A DNA stretch of 64,000 bases. Source: Thermodesulfobacteriota bacterium (lineage in GTDB: Bacteria; Desulfobacterota; BSN033; WVXP01; G020346125). The notes beneath the pieces are model-generated. The model had not been told where the DNA came from. It did not search any database and saw nothing but the letters and a program-made list of their open reading frames with translations. Positions 48,882 to 60,254 of the stretch are shown here, one piece after another. Every line of letters starts with the position of its first letter. Position 1 is the first letter of the stretch. Where the stretch lies: positions 1,890 to 65,889 of the forward strand of contig JBGVTJ010000317.1 in the NCBI GenBank assembly GCA_041862515.1, read 5' to 3'. The position numbers were made by a program, and so were the translations under genes.

Positions 48882-49345
48882 TTCAGAACGTCTATGACTC
48901 CCGCTATTTCCAGGACAAGGAATCCGATAAGCGCCAAGAGAACGATTATGATGACAGTCACAGCGCCGTTTCCTCCTGGCTCCAAGGCATGGATTTGGCT
49001 GGCGATCTGGTGGATTTGTTCATCATCGAGCTGGTGAAGCCGAGCCTCGATTTCCTCATTAGTCAATCCGAGTTTCGAAAGTTTGTGTTGGACGAGTTTT
49101 GACTCCAGGAGTTTTTGGATTGTCTGGAGGTCGGTGTCTCTATGGCTGGTTCCATTCCCCTCGTACGAGGATGGAATGAACATGGCTGGTGCACTACTGG
49201 CAAAGGATAAAATTGAAAAGGCCACAGTGAGATACGACACAAATACCCTATTAAAAAAGAATCTCTTGACGAAGATCATGAGCTCCCCTCCTTTTTCATG
49301 GGTTGATAATCCATATCGCGTATCAAAATTTTCCCGCATTGTCAA
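48875..49345 (-). CDS. small signal-peptide protein with C-terminal TM anchor (PA2779-family-like)
   Basis: ORF 156 aa, probable start MIFVKRFFFNRVF... (49279); C-terminal GGNGAVTVIIIVLLALIGFLVLEIAG TM. Confidence 0.6.
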   Translation of the reverse strand: MTMRENFDTRYGLSTHEKGGELMIFVKRFFFNRVFVSYLTVAFSILSFASSAPAMFIPSSYEGNGTSHRDTDLQTIQKLLESKLVQHKLSKLGLTNEEIEARLHQLDDEQIHQIASQIHALEPGGNGAVTVIIIVLLALIGFLVLEIAGVIDVLKW

Positions 49346-49616
49346 GTCTAAAATGTGTGGGAGTTTCCTGGGTTTTTCTCCTGCGATTCTGTGACATAGT
49401 GATCTAAAAAAGGAAGTAAAATTTCAAAAGTGAAAAGGCCGTTGTCTTCTGCTCTAAAAATATTGCCGAGTTTGGAGGAAGGGTCGGCTAAAAGTTCGTA
49501 CCAGAGCGAAAAAGAGAATGTCCATGGAAGAAAATACCATCATGGGAGCCAAAATCAACACTCAGCTCTCTAAAATCTCGGGAATCATTTCTGAATTCTG
49601 CCACAAGCGCGAGCGA

Positions 49617-49835
49617 TCATTTCCGGAAAAATGCGAACAGAAGTGTCAAGATAATGCTGATAATGACACAAGTAATAAGGGGAAAATAGAAGGCGAAGTT
49701 ATCCTCCTTAATGTAAATGCCTCCGGGAACTCGACCGATCCATGGGATCCTATCCTTTACCATAAGGACCAGTCCCATAAGGACGAGAACCCCCCCAGCG
49801 ATCAACAACACCTTGCCCATTCCACTGAGATTCAT
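49617..49835 (-). CDS. DUF2905 family small membrane protein
   Basis: 72 aa; PGGIYIKEDNFAFYFPLITCVIISIILTLL typical of DUF2905. Confidence 0.8.
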   Translation of the reverse strand: MNLSGMGKVLLIAGGVLVLMGLVLMVKDRIPWIGRVPGGIYIKEDNFAFYFPLITCVIISIILTLLFAFFRK

Positions 49836-49880
49836 CCCTCCTGTCCCTACAGACTAAGATGGCGATTGATTTTTAGCGCC

Positions 49881-50417
49881 CTATGTCTTCTTTCCCCAAT
49901 ACCTCTCCTTTTCGCTGTAGATACAACCACAGTACTGCTGGCGATACAGGCCCGTGGCTTTGGATTCCCGGACCCCTTCCTGCCACCATTTCCGAAAGTC
50001 CTCATAATAGAAGGGTACTGAGAACTGTTTTGCGAGGCTCTCGCCAATCTCCTTGATGACGGCGTGATTCTGATATTTACTATACAACAACGTGGTGGTA
50101 AAGGCTTCGAATCCGCACGATTTCGCCATCTGAACGGTGGCTTCCAAACGAGAGTAGTAACAATATCGGCACCGTTCATGCTCGCGATAGACCACACCCC
50201 GAAGAAACGCCTCTAAGTCGTATTCATCGCGGTAAATCATCTTCAATCCTGCCTGCGTTTCATATCCTCTCAGTGTCTCCAGCCTCCGCTGGTACTCTTG
50301 ATAGGGGTGGATGTTGGGGTTGTAGAAAAAACCCGTCGTCTCCCAGCCCGCTTCACGCAACATCTTCAGCGGATAAATGAGGCAGTTGGCACAACAAATA
50401 TGGATTAATCCCTTCAA
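49881..50417 (-). CDS. queH: epoxyqueuosine reductase QueH (DUF208)
   Basis: [13 protein letters not shown] + downstream Cys; proposed TTG start at 50417 directly after ppdK stop with GGAAGGGGA RBS (track ORF 49881..50558 overlaps ppdK). Confidence 0.8.
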   Translation of the reverse strand: MKGLIHICCANCLIYPLKMLREAGWETTGFFYNPNIHPYQEYQRRLETLRGYETQAGLKMIYRDEYDLEAFLRGVVYREHERCRYCYYSRLEATVQMAKSCGFEAFTTTLLYSKYQNHAVIKEIGESLAKQFSVPFYYEDFRKWWQEGVRESKATGLYRQQYCGCIYSEKERYWGKKT

Positions 50418-53161
50418 TTCCCCTTCCGTTCCTTCAAGGCCCCATGCGCGGCGGCCAGTCGGGCGATGGGGACCCGAAAGGGAGAACAACTCACGTAATC
50501 GAGCCCTAACTGATGGCAGAACTCTACTGAACTCGGCTCCCCACCATGCTCTCCGCAAATCCCTATCTTGAGATCTGATCTAGTCGTCCGTCCTTTTCTC
50601 ACAGCGATATCCATCAGCTGTCCGACACCACTCCGGTCGAGTTTTTCAAAGGGGTCAAAGTCCCAGATATCCGCATCAAGGTATGAATGCAGAAATTTGC
50701 CCGCGTCATCCCGGCTTATCCCGTAGGTAGTTTGGGTTATATCATTGGTCCCGAAGGAAAAGAAATCGGCCTCCCGCGCCACTTGGTCGGCGGTGAGGGC
50801 GCCCCGGGGTACCTCGATCATGGTCCCCACTTTGTACTCCACTTCCTTCCCATACCGGGAGAATACCTCACGGGCCACCGTTTCGACTACCCGTCTCTGG
50901 TTCGCCAACTCTCGTACGTCTCCTACCAAGGGGATCATGACTTCAGGGTGAACCGTTATCCCTTCCTCAGCTACCTCGCAGGCCGCCTCGAAGATAGCCA
51001 TCGCCTGCATGGCCGTTATCTCAGGAAAAACGATCCCAAGGCGGCATCCACGATGCCCCAGCATGGGGTTGCTCTCATGGAGAGCATCGATCTTGGTCCT
51101 TAGGTGCTCCTCAAGGATCCCCATTTTCTTGGCCAATTCCTTGACCTCTCTAGGGGTGTTGGGGAGGAACTCATGGAGGGGGGGATCCAGGGTCCGGATG
51201 GTGACCGGTCTTTCCTTCATCACCTGGAAGATTCCCTTGAAATCCTCCTTCTGCATGGGCAGCAGTTTTGCAAGGGCCGCTTCTCTCCCGTCCCTATCCT
51301 CGGCCAGGATCATCTCCCTGACTGCATCGATCCGATCTCGTTCGAAGAACATGTGCTCTGTGCGACAGAGCCCAATCCCCTCGGCCCCGAAGGCGAGGGC
51401 GATCTGAGCCTGATCGGGTTTGTCAGCATTCGCCTGCACCCCCAATTTCCTGACCTCGTCGGCCCAAGACATCAACTCCGCATAGTATCCGTAAATCTGG
51501 GATTTTTCGCGCCGAGCGCTCGGTTCAATGAGTACCTGTTGAATTTCGGAGGGCCTGGTGGGAATCCTGCCCAGGATTACCTCCCCAGTGGTCCCATCGA
51601 TTGAGAGGTAGTCGCCTTCCTTGATAGTGAGGCCATTGATCTTCATCTGCTTTCTCTTGTAGTCGATGTCGAGTTGACCGCATCCTACCACACAGACTTT
51701 GCCCATCTGGCGTGCTACCAGAGCGGCATGGGAGGTCATTCCCCCCCGGGCAGTTAAGATCCCCTGAGCTGCGTTCATCCCTCGGATATCCTCAGGAGAC
51801 GTCTCAATCCTCACCAATAGAACCTCCTCCCCGCGGGCCGCCCACTCCTCCGCATCGGGGGCATTGAAAACCACCTTCCCCGTCGCCGCACCCGGACCGG
51901 CATTCAGACCATGGGCAACGAGATTTCCCTCGTCAATAGCACGCTTTTTCTGGTCCGGATCAAAGACTGGCCGCAAGATCTGGTTTAGTTGGTCAGGCTC
52001 CACCCGCAAGAGGGCCTCCTCCTTTGTGATAAGTCCCTCATGTACCATATCCACGGCCATCCTCACCGCAGCCAATCCAGTGCGTTTTCCCCCTCGGGTC
52101 TGGAGCATCCATAGCTTTCCCTGCTGGATCGTGAACTCGATATCCTGCATATCCCGGTAGTGCCGATCGAGGTTTTTCCGGATCTCCTCCAGTTGGTGAT
52201 AGATGTCAGACATCTCCTCTTCTAGGCAGGGGATATCCTTGTTGCCTTTCTGTCGTCGGTTGATGGGTTGAGGAGTGCGGATCCCGGCAACCACATCCTC
52301 TCCCTGAGCGTTCAACAAGTATTCCCCATAAAAGACTTCTTCTCCGGTGGCCGGATCCCTGCTAAAGGCTACTCCTGTACCGGATGTCTCCCCCATGTTG
52401 CCAAAGACCATGACCTGGACATTCACGGCTGTTCCTAGGTCGTCGGGGATGGCGTTCAACTCCCGATAGGCGATGGCCCGGGGGGTTTCCCAAGAGCGGA
52501 TGACCGCTCCGATGGCCTCCCATAGCTGCTCCTTAGGGTCTGCCGGAAAAGCAACTTTTCGTCTTTTCCCTATTTCTTCCTTGAATGCATGAACGAGCTC
52601 CTTCAGATCCTGAACGCTCAGTTCATGATCGTAGCTGACACCTCTGGAATCTTTTTTGGCCCCCAGGATCACCTCAAAGGGATCGATCTCATCCTTCTCT
52701 TGAGGTTTGAGCCCTAATACGACATCGCCATACATGGCCACAAACCGACGATAGCAATCATAGGCAAACCGCTCATCCCCCGTGCGCTTCGCCAACCCCT
52801 GCACCGTCTCGTCGTTCAGGCCAAGATTCAGGATGGTGTCCATCATGCCGGGCATGCTTACCGCGGCACCGGAGCGTACCGAGACCAACAGAGGGTTTTC
52901 AGGGTCTCCAAACCTGGCCTGCATAACCTCTTCCACGTCGGAAAGGGTGATCTCCACCTCCTGCGCGAGTTCAGGTGGATACGTCTTATCGTGCTCGTAG
53001 TAATAACGACAGACCTCCGTGGAAATGGTAAACCCGGGGGGGACAGGTATACCCAAGTTGACCATCTCCGCCAAATTGGCACCTTTACCCCCCAACAGTC
53101 CTTTCATCTGGGCGTTTCCGTCAGCCCTTCCCTCACCGAAGAAATACACGTATTTGGACAT
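50414..53161 (-). CDS. ppdK: pyruvate, phosphate dikinase
   Basis: Starts [33 protein letters not shown] (internal Met of 922-aa ORF); His-domain and PEP-utilizing domain motifs. Confidence 0.95.
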   Translation of the reverse strand: MSKYVYFFGEGRADGNAQMKGLLGGKGANLAEMVNLGIPVPPGFTISTEVCRYYYEHDKTYPPELAQEVEITLSDVEEVMQARFGDPENPLLVSVRSGAAVSMPGMMDTILNLGLNDETVQGLAKRTGDERFAYDCYRRFVAMYGDVVLGLKPQEKDEIDPFEVILGAKKDSRGVSYDHELSVQDLKELVHAFKEEIGKRRKVAFPADPKEQLWEAIGAVIRSWETPRAIAYRELNAIPDDLGTAVNVQVMVFGNMGETSGTGVAFSRDPATGEEVFYGEYLLNAQGEDVVAGIRTPQPINRRQKGNKDIPCLEEEMSDIYHQLEEIRKNLDRHYRDMQDIEFTIQQGKLWMLQTRGGKRTGLAAVRMAVDMVHEGLITKEEALLRVEPDQLNQILRPVFDPDQKKRAIDEGNLVAHGLNAGPGAATGKVVFNAPDAEEWAARGEEVLLVRIETSPEDIRGMNAAQGILTARGGMTSHAALVARQMGKVCVVGCGQLDIDYKRKQMKINGLTIKEGDYLSIDGTTGEVILGRIPTRPSEIQQVLIEPSARREKSQIYGYYAELMSWADEVRKLGVQANADKPDQAQIALAFGAEGIGLCRTEHMFFERDRIDAVREMILAEDRDGREAALAKLLPMQKEDFKGIFQVMKERPVTIRTLDPPLHEFLPNTPREVKELAKKMGILEEHLRTKIDALHESNPMLGHRGCRLGIVFPEITAMQAMAIFEAACEVAEEGITVHPEVMIPLVGDVRELANQRRVVETVAREVFSRYGKEVEYKVGTMIEVPRGALTADQVAREADFFSFGTNDITQTTYGISRDDAGKFLHSYLDADIWDFDPFEKLDRSGVGQLMDIAVRKGRTTRSDLKIGICGEHGGEPSSVEFCHQLGLDYVSCSPFRVPIARLAAAHGALKERKGN

Positions 53162-53189
53162 CTCAACTTCCCTCACTCGCACTTGGCGT

Positions 53190-55277
53190 TTATTTGTTGC
53201 CCGAATCCGTAACCCTTACACGGGAAAAATCAGCCACCTGTGAGAAGAGCGCATAGATCTCCCCAAGGAGGGCCAATCGGTTGTCACGTACCTCTTCTTT
53301 TTCCGCCATGACCAAAACATAGTTAAAAAACTCATTCACAGGCACATGAAGCCTGGCCAACGCTCCCATAACCTCCTCATAATTTCCATTCTTTATTAAT
53401 GAATCAAAATTCTCCTTCATTTCAAGATACTGTTGGTGAAGTTTCTTCTCTTGAGGCGTCTCAAAGAAGGCTGGATCTGTCTTCGGGCTGTAATCCACTC
53501 CTTTCAATATGTTGGCCACTCTCTTAAAGACAACGGCCAGGGGCTCAAACTCGGGCTGCTCCTTGAATTTAGCCAAGACCTCCACCCGTGAGCGGGCATC
53601 CTGAAGATCATCCCCTTGGACAGCCAGCACGGACTCGACCAAATCACTGGGATACCCTTGGGATACTAACAGGTTGACAACACGCCCTCGAAAAAAGGCT
53701 AGGACATCGGCCTCGATCTCCTCGGGGGAGCGTTCTATTTTCCCCACCAGAAGTTGTATGGCCATCCGGGTCAGCTCCCGCAGCGAGATGGGATACCCCT
53801 TGCCCAAGATGATATGAATGATTCCCAGGGCCTGCCGCCTCAGGGCAAAAGGATCTCCTGCACCCGTAGGCATCAACCCGATGCCGAAACACCCCACAAT
53901 GGTATCCAACTTGTCGGCGATACTGATAAAATCCCCAATAGGGCTGGATGGCAAGCGGTCGCCAGCAAAAGCGGGAAGATAGTGCTCAAAGATAGCAATG
54001 GTCACGTCCTCGTCTTCCCCTGAAATCAGGGCGTACTCCCTTCCCACCACGCCTTGAAGGCTAGGAAACTCTCCCACCATACCCGTAACCAGGTCCGCCT
54101 TGCAGAGCATCGCGGCCCTTTCAACCTTACCCTCCAAATCCGGTCGCAATTTCCGGGCGAGGGAGAGGGCCAATTCCTTAAATCGAAGGATTTTCTCGTA
54201 AGAAGTCCCCAACTGAGCTTGAAATATCACCTCCTTCAGGGCTTCCACCTTCCGATTTAGGGGCTCCTTTGTATCCTCCTCGAAGAAGAATTTGGCGTCG
54301 GAAAGCCTGGCCTTGAGGACCCGTTCATTGCCCCTTTTTACCGTTTCCATATCCGGTGCTCGGGTATTGCATACGCACACGAAATAGGGCATGAGGTTTC
54401 CCCTCTCGTCTACTACTGGGAAATACCTCTGGTGGTCCTCCATAGCATGTATCACGACCTCCCTGGGGAGGTTCAAGAACTCCTCCTCGAATCCTCCCAC
54501 AACAGCCGTGGGATACTCCACCAGATGGGTGACCTCTCCCAGAAGATCCTGATTACTCAATACCTTTCCCGAGACCTCCATTGCTGCCTTGGTGATTCCC
54601 TCCTCGATCATCCTTTTCCTTTCTTGAGGATCCACAATGACAAAGGCCCCTTTGATTTGCCTCTCATAGGTCTGGAAGTTCTCTACCTCAAAGGCATGGG
54701 GGCTCATAAACCGGTGACCATAAGACCGATGCCCACTTTCGATGCCTCCGAATTGAAAGGGAATGACCTCTCCGTTGAATATGGCCAAAATCCAGTGAAT
54801 GGGCCGGGCGAACCGGGTATTGACAGTGCTCCAGCGCATCGATTTGGGAAAGGAGAGGGAACCGATTACCCTCGGTAATATTTCCACGAGAAGGGTAACT
54901 GTCGCCTTTCCCTCCTCCTTTTTTACGGCACAGAGGTATTCTCCCTTTTCCCTTTTAATGATCTTTAGATCCTCTACTCTGACGCCTTGTCCTTTGGCGA
55001 ACCCCAGAGCCGCCTTCGTTGGCTTCCCCTTGTCGTCAAAGGCCATTTGTATGGGGGGGCCTAGTTTTTCCCTTTCCACATCCTCCTGTTTTTCGGCGAT
55101 ATCTCCCACATAAAGGACCAGCCTTCGAGGAGTCCCCAGTGTTTTCACCTCTCCATGGGCAATTCTGATGGCATCTAGTTCCCTTCGAATCAAGAGGGCC
55201 ATCTCTTCTAGGGCACTTGAAATGAAACCCGCCGGAATCTCCTCGGTGCCGATTTCCAAGAGCAACTCCTTCCCCAT
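53190..55277 (-). CDS. glyS: glycine--tRNA ligase beta subunit
   Basis: 695 aa GlyS; immediately downstream of glyQ. Confidence 0.93.
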   Translation of the reverse strand: MGKELLLEIGTEEIPAGFISSALEEMALLIRRELDAIRIAHGEVKTLGTPRRLVLYVGDIAEKQEDVEREKLGPPIQMAFDDKGKPTKAALGFAKGQGVRVEDLKIIKREKGEYLCAVKKEEGKATVTLLVEILPRVIGSLSFPKSMRWSTVNTRFARPIHWILAIFNGEVIPFQFGGIESGHRSYGHRFMSPHAFEVENFQTYERQIKGAFVIVDPQERKRMIEEGITKAAMEVSGKVLSNQDLLGEVTHLVEYPTAVVGGFEEEFLNLPREVVIHAMEDHQRYFPVVDERGNLMPYFVCVCNTRAPDMETVKRGNERVLKARLSDAKFFFEEDTKEPLNRKVEALKEVIFQAQLGTSYEKILRFKELALSLARKLRPDLEGKVERAAMLCKADLVTGMVGEFPSLQGVVGREYALISGEDEDVTIAIFEHYLPAFAGDRLPSSPIGDFISIADKLDTIVGCFGIGLMPTGAGDPFALRRQALGIIHIILGKGYPISLRELTRMAIQLLVGKIERSPEEIEADVLAFFRGRVVNLLVSQGYPSDLVESVLAVQGDDLQDARSRVEVLAKFKEQPEFEPLAVVFKRVANILKGVDYSPKTDPAFFETPQEKKLHQQYLEMKENFDSLIKNGNYEEVMGALARLHVPVNEFFNYVLVMAEKEEVRDNRLALLGEIYALFSQVADFSRVRVTDSGNK

Positions 55278-55331
55278 TCCGCCTCCTATCGAGTGACCTC
55301 TTATTCCTTAACCCCTCGAGCTATGCAATGG

Positions 55332-56210
55332 TCATCCCTCTTGAGATTTCAACAGGGGAAATCCCATCTTTTCCCTCTGGCTCAGATATTTCCCGGCACA
55401 TGCCCTGGCGAGGTCTCTTACCCTATGAATAAATCCCGTTCTTTCTGTGACGCTGATTGCGCCCCTCGCATCGAGAATGTTGAAGGTATGAGAACATTTT
55501 AAACAGTAATCGTAAGCGGGAAAGATAAGACCTTCGTCGATGAGCTGATTACATTCCCCCTCGTACATGTCGAAGAGTCGAAGGAGCATCTGAATATCCG
55601 CCCTCTCAAAATTGTAGGTAGAATATTCCCACTCCCTTCTGTGATAAATATCTCCATATGTGATGTCCTCCGTCCATTTCAGATCGTAGACATCATCGAT
55701 TTCCTGAAGATACATGGCGATGCGTTCCATTCCGTAGGTCAATTCAACGGGGATGGGATCGAGCTTGAACCCGCCTGCCTCCTGGAAGTAGGTAAATTGG
55801 GTAATCTCCATACCGTCAAGCCAAACTTCCCACCCAAGGCCCCAAGCACCAAGGGTGGGAGATTCCCAATCATCCTCCACGAAACGAATATCGTGGGCTA
55901 AGGGATCAATGCCGAAGCTCCTCAGGCTATGGAGGTAAATCTCCTGAACGTCGATTGGGGAGGGCTTCAAAATGACTTGATATTGCGTGTGCTGTTCGAG
56001 GCGATTGGGATTCTCCCCATAACGCCCATCGGTGGGGCGACGTGAGGGTTCTACATAGCCAACTTTCCATGGTTCAGGGCCCAATACCCTGAGGAAAGTG
56101 GCGGGATTCATGGTTCCGGCTCCCACCTCGGTATTATACGGCTGTTGTATGAGGCAGCCCCGACGAGCCCAGAATGTCTCGAGGGCCAAAATCATCTCCT
56201 GAAATGTCAT
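55332..56210 (-). CDS. glyQ: glycine--tRNA ligase alpha subunit
   Basis: Start [19 protein letters not shown] (internal Met of ORF 55332..56240); GlyQ motifs. Confidence 0.95.
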   Translation of the reverse strand: MTFQEMILALETFWARRGCLIQQPYNTEVGAGTMNPATFLRVLGPEPWKVGYVEPSRRPTDGRYGENPNRLEQHTQYQVILKPSPIDVQEIYLHSLRSFGIDPLAHDIRFVEDDWESPTLGAWGLGWEVWLDGMEITQFTYFQEAGGFKLDPIPVELTYGMERIAMYLQEIDDVYDLKWTEDITYGDIYHRREWEYSTYNFERADIQMLLRLFDMYEGECNQLIDEGLIFPAYDYCLKCSHTFNILDARGAISVTERTGFIHRVRDLARACAGKYLSQREKMGFPLLKSQEG

Positions 56211-56259
56211 CAATAGGCCTCCAATTGGTTGAATTTCCATTAGAAAAACTGAAATTCAT

Positions 56260-56293
56260 TACCATGTTACCATATCCCTGTCAAGATGCCACA
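56260..56293 (-). promoter_or_regulatory. candidate glyQS promoter (TTGACA-N17-TAATGA, TGg extended -10)
   Basis: minus-strand sense cTTGACAgggatatggtaacatggTAATGAat; RBS GGAGG before glyQ ATG. Confidence 0.3.
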
Positions 56294-56380
56294 GCAAAAT
56301 GGACCATATGGAATAACTCTCGGAATTTCATTTATTTCTCTGCTGTAAAGAGCACGTTCCGGTAAATCAATATGGAAAAA

Positions 56381-56409
56381 GGCCACGGACTGCTTTTGTC
56401 CGTGGCCTT
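56381..56409 (-). terminator. intrinsic terminator downstream of PilZ gene (11-bp perfect stem + T-run on minus strand)
   Basis: aGGCCACGGACtgcttttGTCCGTGGCCt; on minus strand followed by TTTTT. Confidence 0.7.
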
Positions 56410-56543
56410 AAGATTGCTTTTACTCTTAATTAATTTGTTATTGTAGTCCTAAGGATGCCGGGGCAGGAACTCTTTGCTATTGGATGTTCTCAATGGTGAT
56501 ACCTGGGCTGAGAAATTGCTTCTGTGAATCTCTTTATGAAATT

Positions 56544-57104
56544 TCACCTCCTCGTCATAGCAGGTGTTGAGAATCTGCCTCGTGGCTTGCTATACTTCGC
56601 CTCATAGGTCTTCATCTGTTTGGATATCCTACTGGATGCCTTATCCAAATGATTTGATGCCATCTGAATGGATGCTATCACCCTCAAGGTAGGGCCCTTC
56701 TTTTGGGTGCTCTCTCGATGGTTTTTTTCGATAAAACTCGCCCACTTTCCCTCTTCTTCATGACCCATACCCGTTATGAGAACCCCCATCTTGAGCTGGT
56801 ATGGAATTTCCAGCAGGGACCATTTCACCTCGCACACGGCCAGGATCTCATCCCCTCCCAAATCGATCCCGATCTTCAAATCGTACTTCTTCTTATCCCC
56901 CATAAGCTTAGTGGCGATGGGGATCATCTGGGGGATTCCTGAGTTCATTCTTATTCCCAGCCCTCGCAGGGAAACATCCATGGTTTCCCCGGAAAAGAGG
57001 GTGTTGAGCTTTCTCCGCCTTTTGATATCGATGAGACCCAAATGGACGGGAAGGTTCACGTCCAGTCTGGGATATGCTCTTTTTCCGACCCAATCGTCCT
57101 GCAT
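56544..57104 (-). CDS. PilZ-domain protein (c-di-GMP receptor)
   Basis: RxxxR (KRAYPRL) and DxSxxG (MDVSLRG) motifs; probable start MQDDWVGK (ORF extends to 57155). Confidence 0.75.
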   Translation of the reverse strand: MQDDWVGKRAYPRLDVNLPVHLGLIDIKRRRKLNTLFSGETMDVSLRGLGIRMNSGIPQMIPIATKLMGDKKKYDLKIGIDLGGDEILAVCEVKWSLLEIPYQLKMGVLITGMGHEEEGKWASFIEKNHRESTQKKGPTLRVIASIQMASNHLDKASSRISKQMKTYEAKYSKPRGRFSTPAMTRR

Positions 57105-57238
57105 GTTTGCAATCCTTATGTGCTTCCATGAGTATTGGATCAAAAAGCATGCCAAAAAGAAAGAATAGACGACTCTAGCCGATTGAAGTTACCCGATTCA
57201 TCATTTTTCCCAGGGAATAGATAATCTTAGATAAAAAA

Positions 57239-57262
57239 CTCCCCCTTCTGAAAAGGGGAATC
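57239..57262 (-). terminator. intrinsic terminator downstream of recO (CCCCTT...AAGGGG stem then T6 on minus strand)
   Basis: minus-strand sense CCCCTTttcagAAGGGGgagTTTTTTATCT. Confidence 0.55.
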
Positions 57263-57417
57263 TACGGAGATTGGTAGAGCCCACAGTTTCAAATGGAATT
57301 TTTTGCACATGCTCTGAAAAAATTTCACATGCACCGATGAAATTACATTATGAGAACGATTGCACCAGGGACAGGCAAAATCCCTGAGCTGCCGAAGGTA
57401 ATCGCAATGGAGATGAA

Positions 57418-58173
57418 CTACATACCGAGGTCTTTAAGGAATTTCTTGGACTTCAGTTCTTTATTGATATGGTGCTGGATGAACTTGGAAAGAATGGTTT
57501 CGCTTTCCCAAAGGGCCAGCTTTGAGAACTTCAGCCTATGAATTTTAGATAGCTCCATTTCCATTGCGGCTTGCAATATTTTAGCCGTTCCCGGGGAAAT
57601 GGCTGGGAGATCATAATAACCCCTGGAGCATCTTTGGCAAAGCAAGCCCCCCTGCTGAACACTGAAATGGGCCGGTTCGCCATACTCGACTATTCCATTA
57701 CAGCGGAGGCATCTGTCCAGCCCCGGTCGATAGCCCAAGAGAGAGAGCAAGCGGATTTCGAAGATTCTCAGGATTTGAGCCTCAGCTTCATCATCACTCA
57801 GGAGGGAGAGGAATGCCTTAAGCATGTGGAACAGATCCGGGTTGGCTTCCCTCTCGGCAGTCATCTCATCCACGAGTTCAACGAGGTAGCATCCAAAGGC
57901 AATCTTTCGGAGGTCTTCACGTATCGCGGGAAAGGTGTTGACAATATCGCATCCTTCTATCCTTGCCAGGCCCGATTCCTTCTTATCAAAGAAGATCAAC
58001 CTGCTGAGGGTAAAGGGCTCTAGTGCATTGGAAAAACGCCGTTTGCTCTTCTTAGCCCCTTTGGCAATCCCCTTGACCTTTCCGAAATCAGAGGTATAGA
58101 AAGCGACGATTCGGTCGGATTCCCCATAATCTAGGGTTTTAATGACGATTGCCCATGTCTTGCATTGGCCCAT
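57418..58173 (-). CDS. recO: DNA repair protein RecO
   Basis: 251 aa; N-terminal OB fold (WAIVIKTLDYGESDRIVAFYT), C-terminal Cys4 zinc motif (CLRC...CQRC). Confidence 0.9.
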   Translation of the reverse strand: MGQCKTWAIVIKTLDYGESDRIVAFYTSDFGKVKGIAKGAKKSKRRFSNALEPFTLSRLIFFDKKESGLARIEGCDIVNTFPAIREDLRKIAFGCYLVELVDEMTAEREANPDLFHMLKAFLSLLSDDEAEAQILRIFEIRLLSLLGYRPGLDRCLRCNGIVEYGEPAHFSVQQGGLLCQRCSRGYYDLPAISPGTAKILQAAMEMELSKIHRLKFSKLALWESETILSKFIQHHINKELKSKKFLKDLGM

Positions 58174-58183
58174 AGGGAAGGAT

Positions 58184-59545
58184 TCAGTGAATGAGATATC
58201 TCATGAAAAGCGTAGCGACCCCGAAATAGACGAGGATGCCCGTGATATCGTTGGCAGTGGTAACGAAGGGGCCCGATGCGATGGCCGGGTCCACCTTTAT
58301 TTTCTTGAAGAAGGCCGGGGTCAACGTCCCCATGGTTGAGGCGATGGTCATGGCGACAACCATTGCGATACCTACTACCAACCCAATGGTTGGATTCCCA
58401 TGCCAGAAATAGCCGACCAAACCGACGGCAATACCACAGGCAGTGCCCATGATGACCCCCACCCGAACCTCTCGAAACAGGAAACGTCTCAAGCTATCGA
58501 AGCCTACCCTCCCCGTGGCGAACCCTCGGATCATGATGGAGGAAGATTGAACCCCTACATTTCCTCCCATTGCCGTAATGACGGGGATAAAGGTAACCAG
58601 GGCCAAAACGTCCCTTATGGTCACCTTGAAAATCCAAAGCAGATATCCAGTAATCAGCCCTCCGAACAGATTGGTCAAAAGCCAGGGGAGCCTAAGTCGG
58701 GATACTTTAAACACATTATCCCGATAGACGAATTCATCCTCGTGGGTTCCCGCCATCTTCATGATATCCTCTGTCGCTTCCTCCCGAATGACATCGATGA
58801 TATCATCGACGGTAATGATTCCAACGAGCTTATTCTCCTCGTCGACGACGGGAACCGCGAGGATATCATACCTCTCGACTACCCTGGCTACCTCTTCCTG
58901 ATCCATGTCGGTTCTCACGCTGATGACGTCATGAACCATAATCTCCCTGAGTTTTTTGGTGGGGGGGACCGTTATCAGCTGTCGAAGGGAGATAACCCCC
59001 ACGAGATGACTCCGGTCATCCACAACATAAACGTAGAAGACCATTTCCGCTTCTGATGCCTTTTGAAGAGCCTCGATGGCCTCTTTGGCCGATGTCTCGT
59101 CGGTGAGGGCGAAAAAATCGGGGGTCATAATCCGACCGGCAGTGTCCTCCTCATAGCTGAGAAGGTCCTCGACTTGGTCTGAGTGCTTTTTTGCCATTAG
59201 GCTTAAGATCTCTTCGGCTAACTCTTCCGGCAATTCGCTGATGAAATCAGCCCTGTCATCTGAGGACATTGCCTGCAGGATCTCCGTAATGCGATGCTTT
59301 TCCATTCCCTCTAACAACTGAGCGCTACTTGTCTTGTCGATTTCGCTCAATACTTGGGCCGCCTTTTCCGAATCCCCGATCAGATCGAAGATTACCCTCT
59401 GTTCTCTCTCGTTGAGATACTCGAAGAGGTGAGCAATATCAACGGGATGAGTCTTATCGAAGATCCGTTTCAAGTTTGCCGTAGCTTGCCTTCGGATAAG
59501 CCGCCTCGTTGTTTCCGACAGGAGCTGTAATTTTGGTCCAGCCAT
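58184..59545 (-). CDS. mgtE: magnesium transporter MgtE
   Basis: 453 aa; N domain, tandem CBS, C-terminal 5-TM MgtE domain. Confidence 0.92.
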   Translation of the reverse strand: MAGPKLQLLSETTRRLIRRQATANLKRIFDKTHPVDIAHLFEYLNEREQRVIFDLIGDSEKAAQVLSEIDKTSSAQLLEGMEKHRITEILQAMSSDDRADFISELPEELAEEILSLMAKKHSDQVEDLLSYEEDTAGRIMTPDFFALTDETSAKEAIEALQKASEAEMVFYVYVVDDRSHLVGVISLRQLITVPPTKKLREIMVHDVISVRTDMDQEEVARVVERYDILAVPVVDEENKLVGIITVDDIIDVIREEATEDIMKMAGTHEDEFVYRDNVFKVSRLRLPWLLTNLFGGLITGYLLWIFKVTIRDVLALVTFIPVITAMGGNVGVQSSSIMIRGFATGRVGFDSLRRFLFREVRVGVIMGTACGIAVGLVGYFWHGNPTIGLVVGIAMVVAMTIASTMGTLTPAFFKKIKVDPAIASGPFVTTANDITGILVYFGVATLFMRYLIH

Positions 59546-59560
59546 TTCCTCCCCAATGAC

Positions 59561-60241
59561 CTACCGGATGGATTCCACTGGAGACCGAAGCACTTGCGTC
59601 CCAGGGGGTATGGTGAAGGTAAACAGGGAATCCGAAAGGTTACGGTCTATCTTGATCCCCGAGAAACGGATTCGATTTATATTCTCGAAAGCGTCGTAGA
59701 TATCGGTCTGAACGATGAGGAATCGTTTGGGGTCTACTCTTAAGACAAGCCTTTGGATGTCGGCTTGGGGTTCAATGGGAACCAGATCCAAGAGATACCA
59801 AGAGTCCTCCCTTTGGCTCTCACCCTTGGGGCTTTGGATACGGAAGTCCCGCCTGAGGTCGCCCTTCCCGGAAAGAAAAGCTGTGGGAATTTTTGCTCGT
59901 ATCGTCTTCGAAATTCCTCCCACGATCACCTGGTTGTCGTCGGGCTGATAGTGCCAAATCATGGACCCGTCGCTGACTATTTCTTGGCGACGGGGTTTGC
60001 GATATTCCCATCTCATCATTCCCGATTTCTTGAAGTAGACCCTTCCCTCGGCCTTCTTGACCCGATTGAGGGATTTGTTGGTATACTCCTGAGCAAATCG
60101 GGCTTGAAAATCCGTGATTTGATCGTAATTCCGCTGAACCTTGGTGATCAGCTCTTCTACGGAAAGACCGTAGCATTCCAATACCAAACCGAAAAAGACC
60201 ATGAGAGTAAATGTGCCAACCTTTTTTATAGCCTTTGCCAT
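59561..60241 (-). CDS. lolA: outer-membrane lipoprotein carrier protein LolA
   Basis: 226 aa, signal peptide, LolA-like sequence. Confidence 0.85.
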   Translation of the reverse strand: MAKAIKKVGTFTLMVFFGLVLECYGLSVEELITKVQRNYDQITDFQARFAQEYTNKSLNRVKKAEGRVYFKKSGMMRWEYRKPRRQEIVSDGSMIWHYQPDDNQVIVGGISKTIRAKIPTAFLSGKGDLRRDFRIQSPKGESQREDSWYLLDLVPIEPQADIQRLVLRVDPKRFLIVQTDIYDAFENINRIRFSGIKIDRNLSDSLFTFTIPPGTQVLRSPVESIR

Positions 60242-60254
60242 GGATTTTTCACCT

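Noticed and set aside
49518-50021. 167-aa + strand ORF
   Set aside because: Antisense to well-supported DUF2905 and queH genes.
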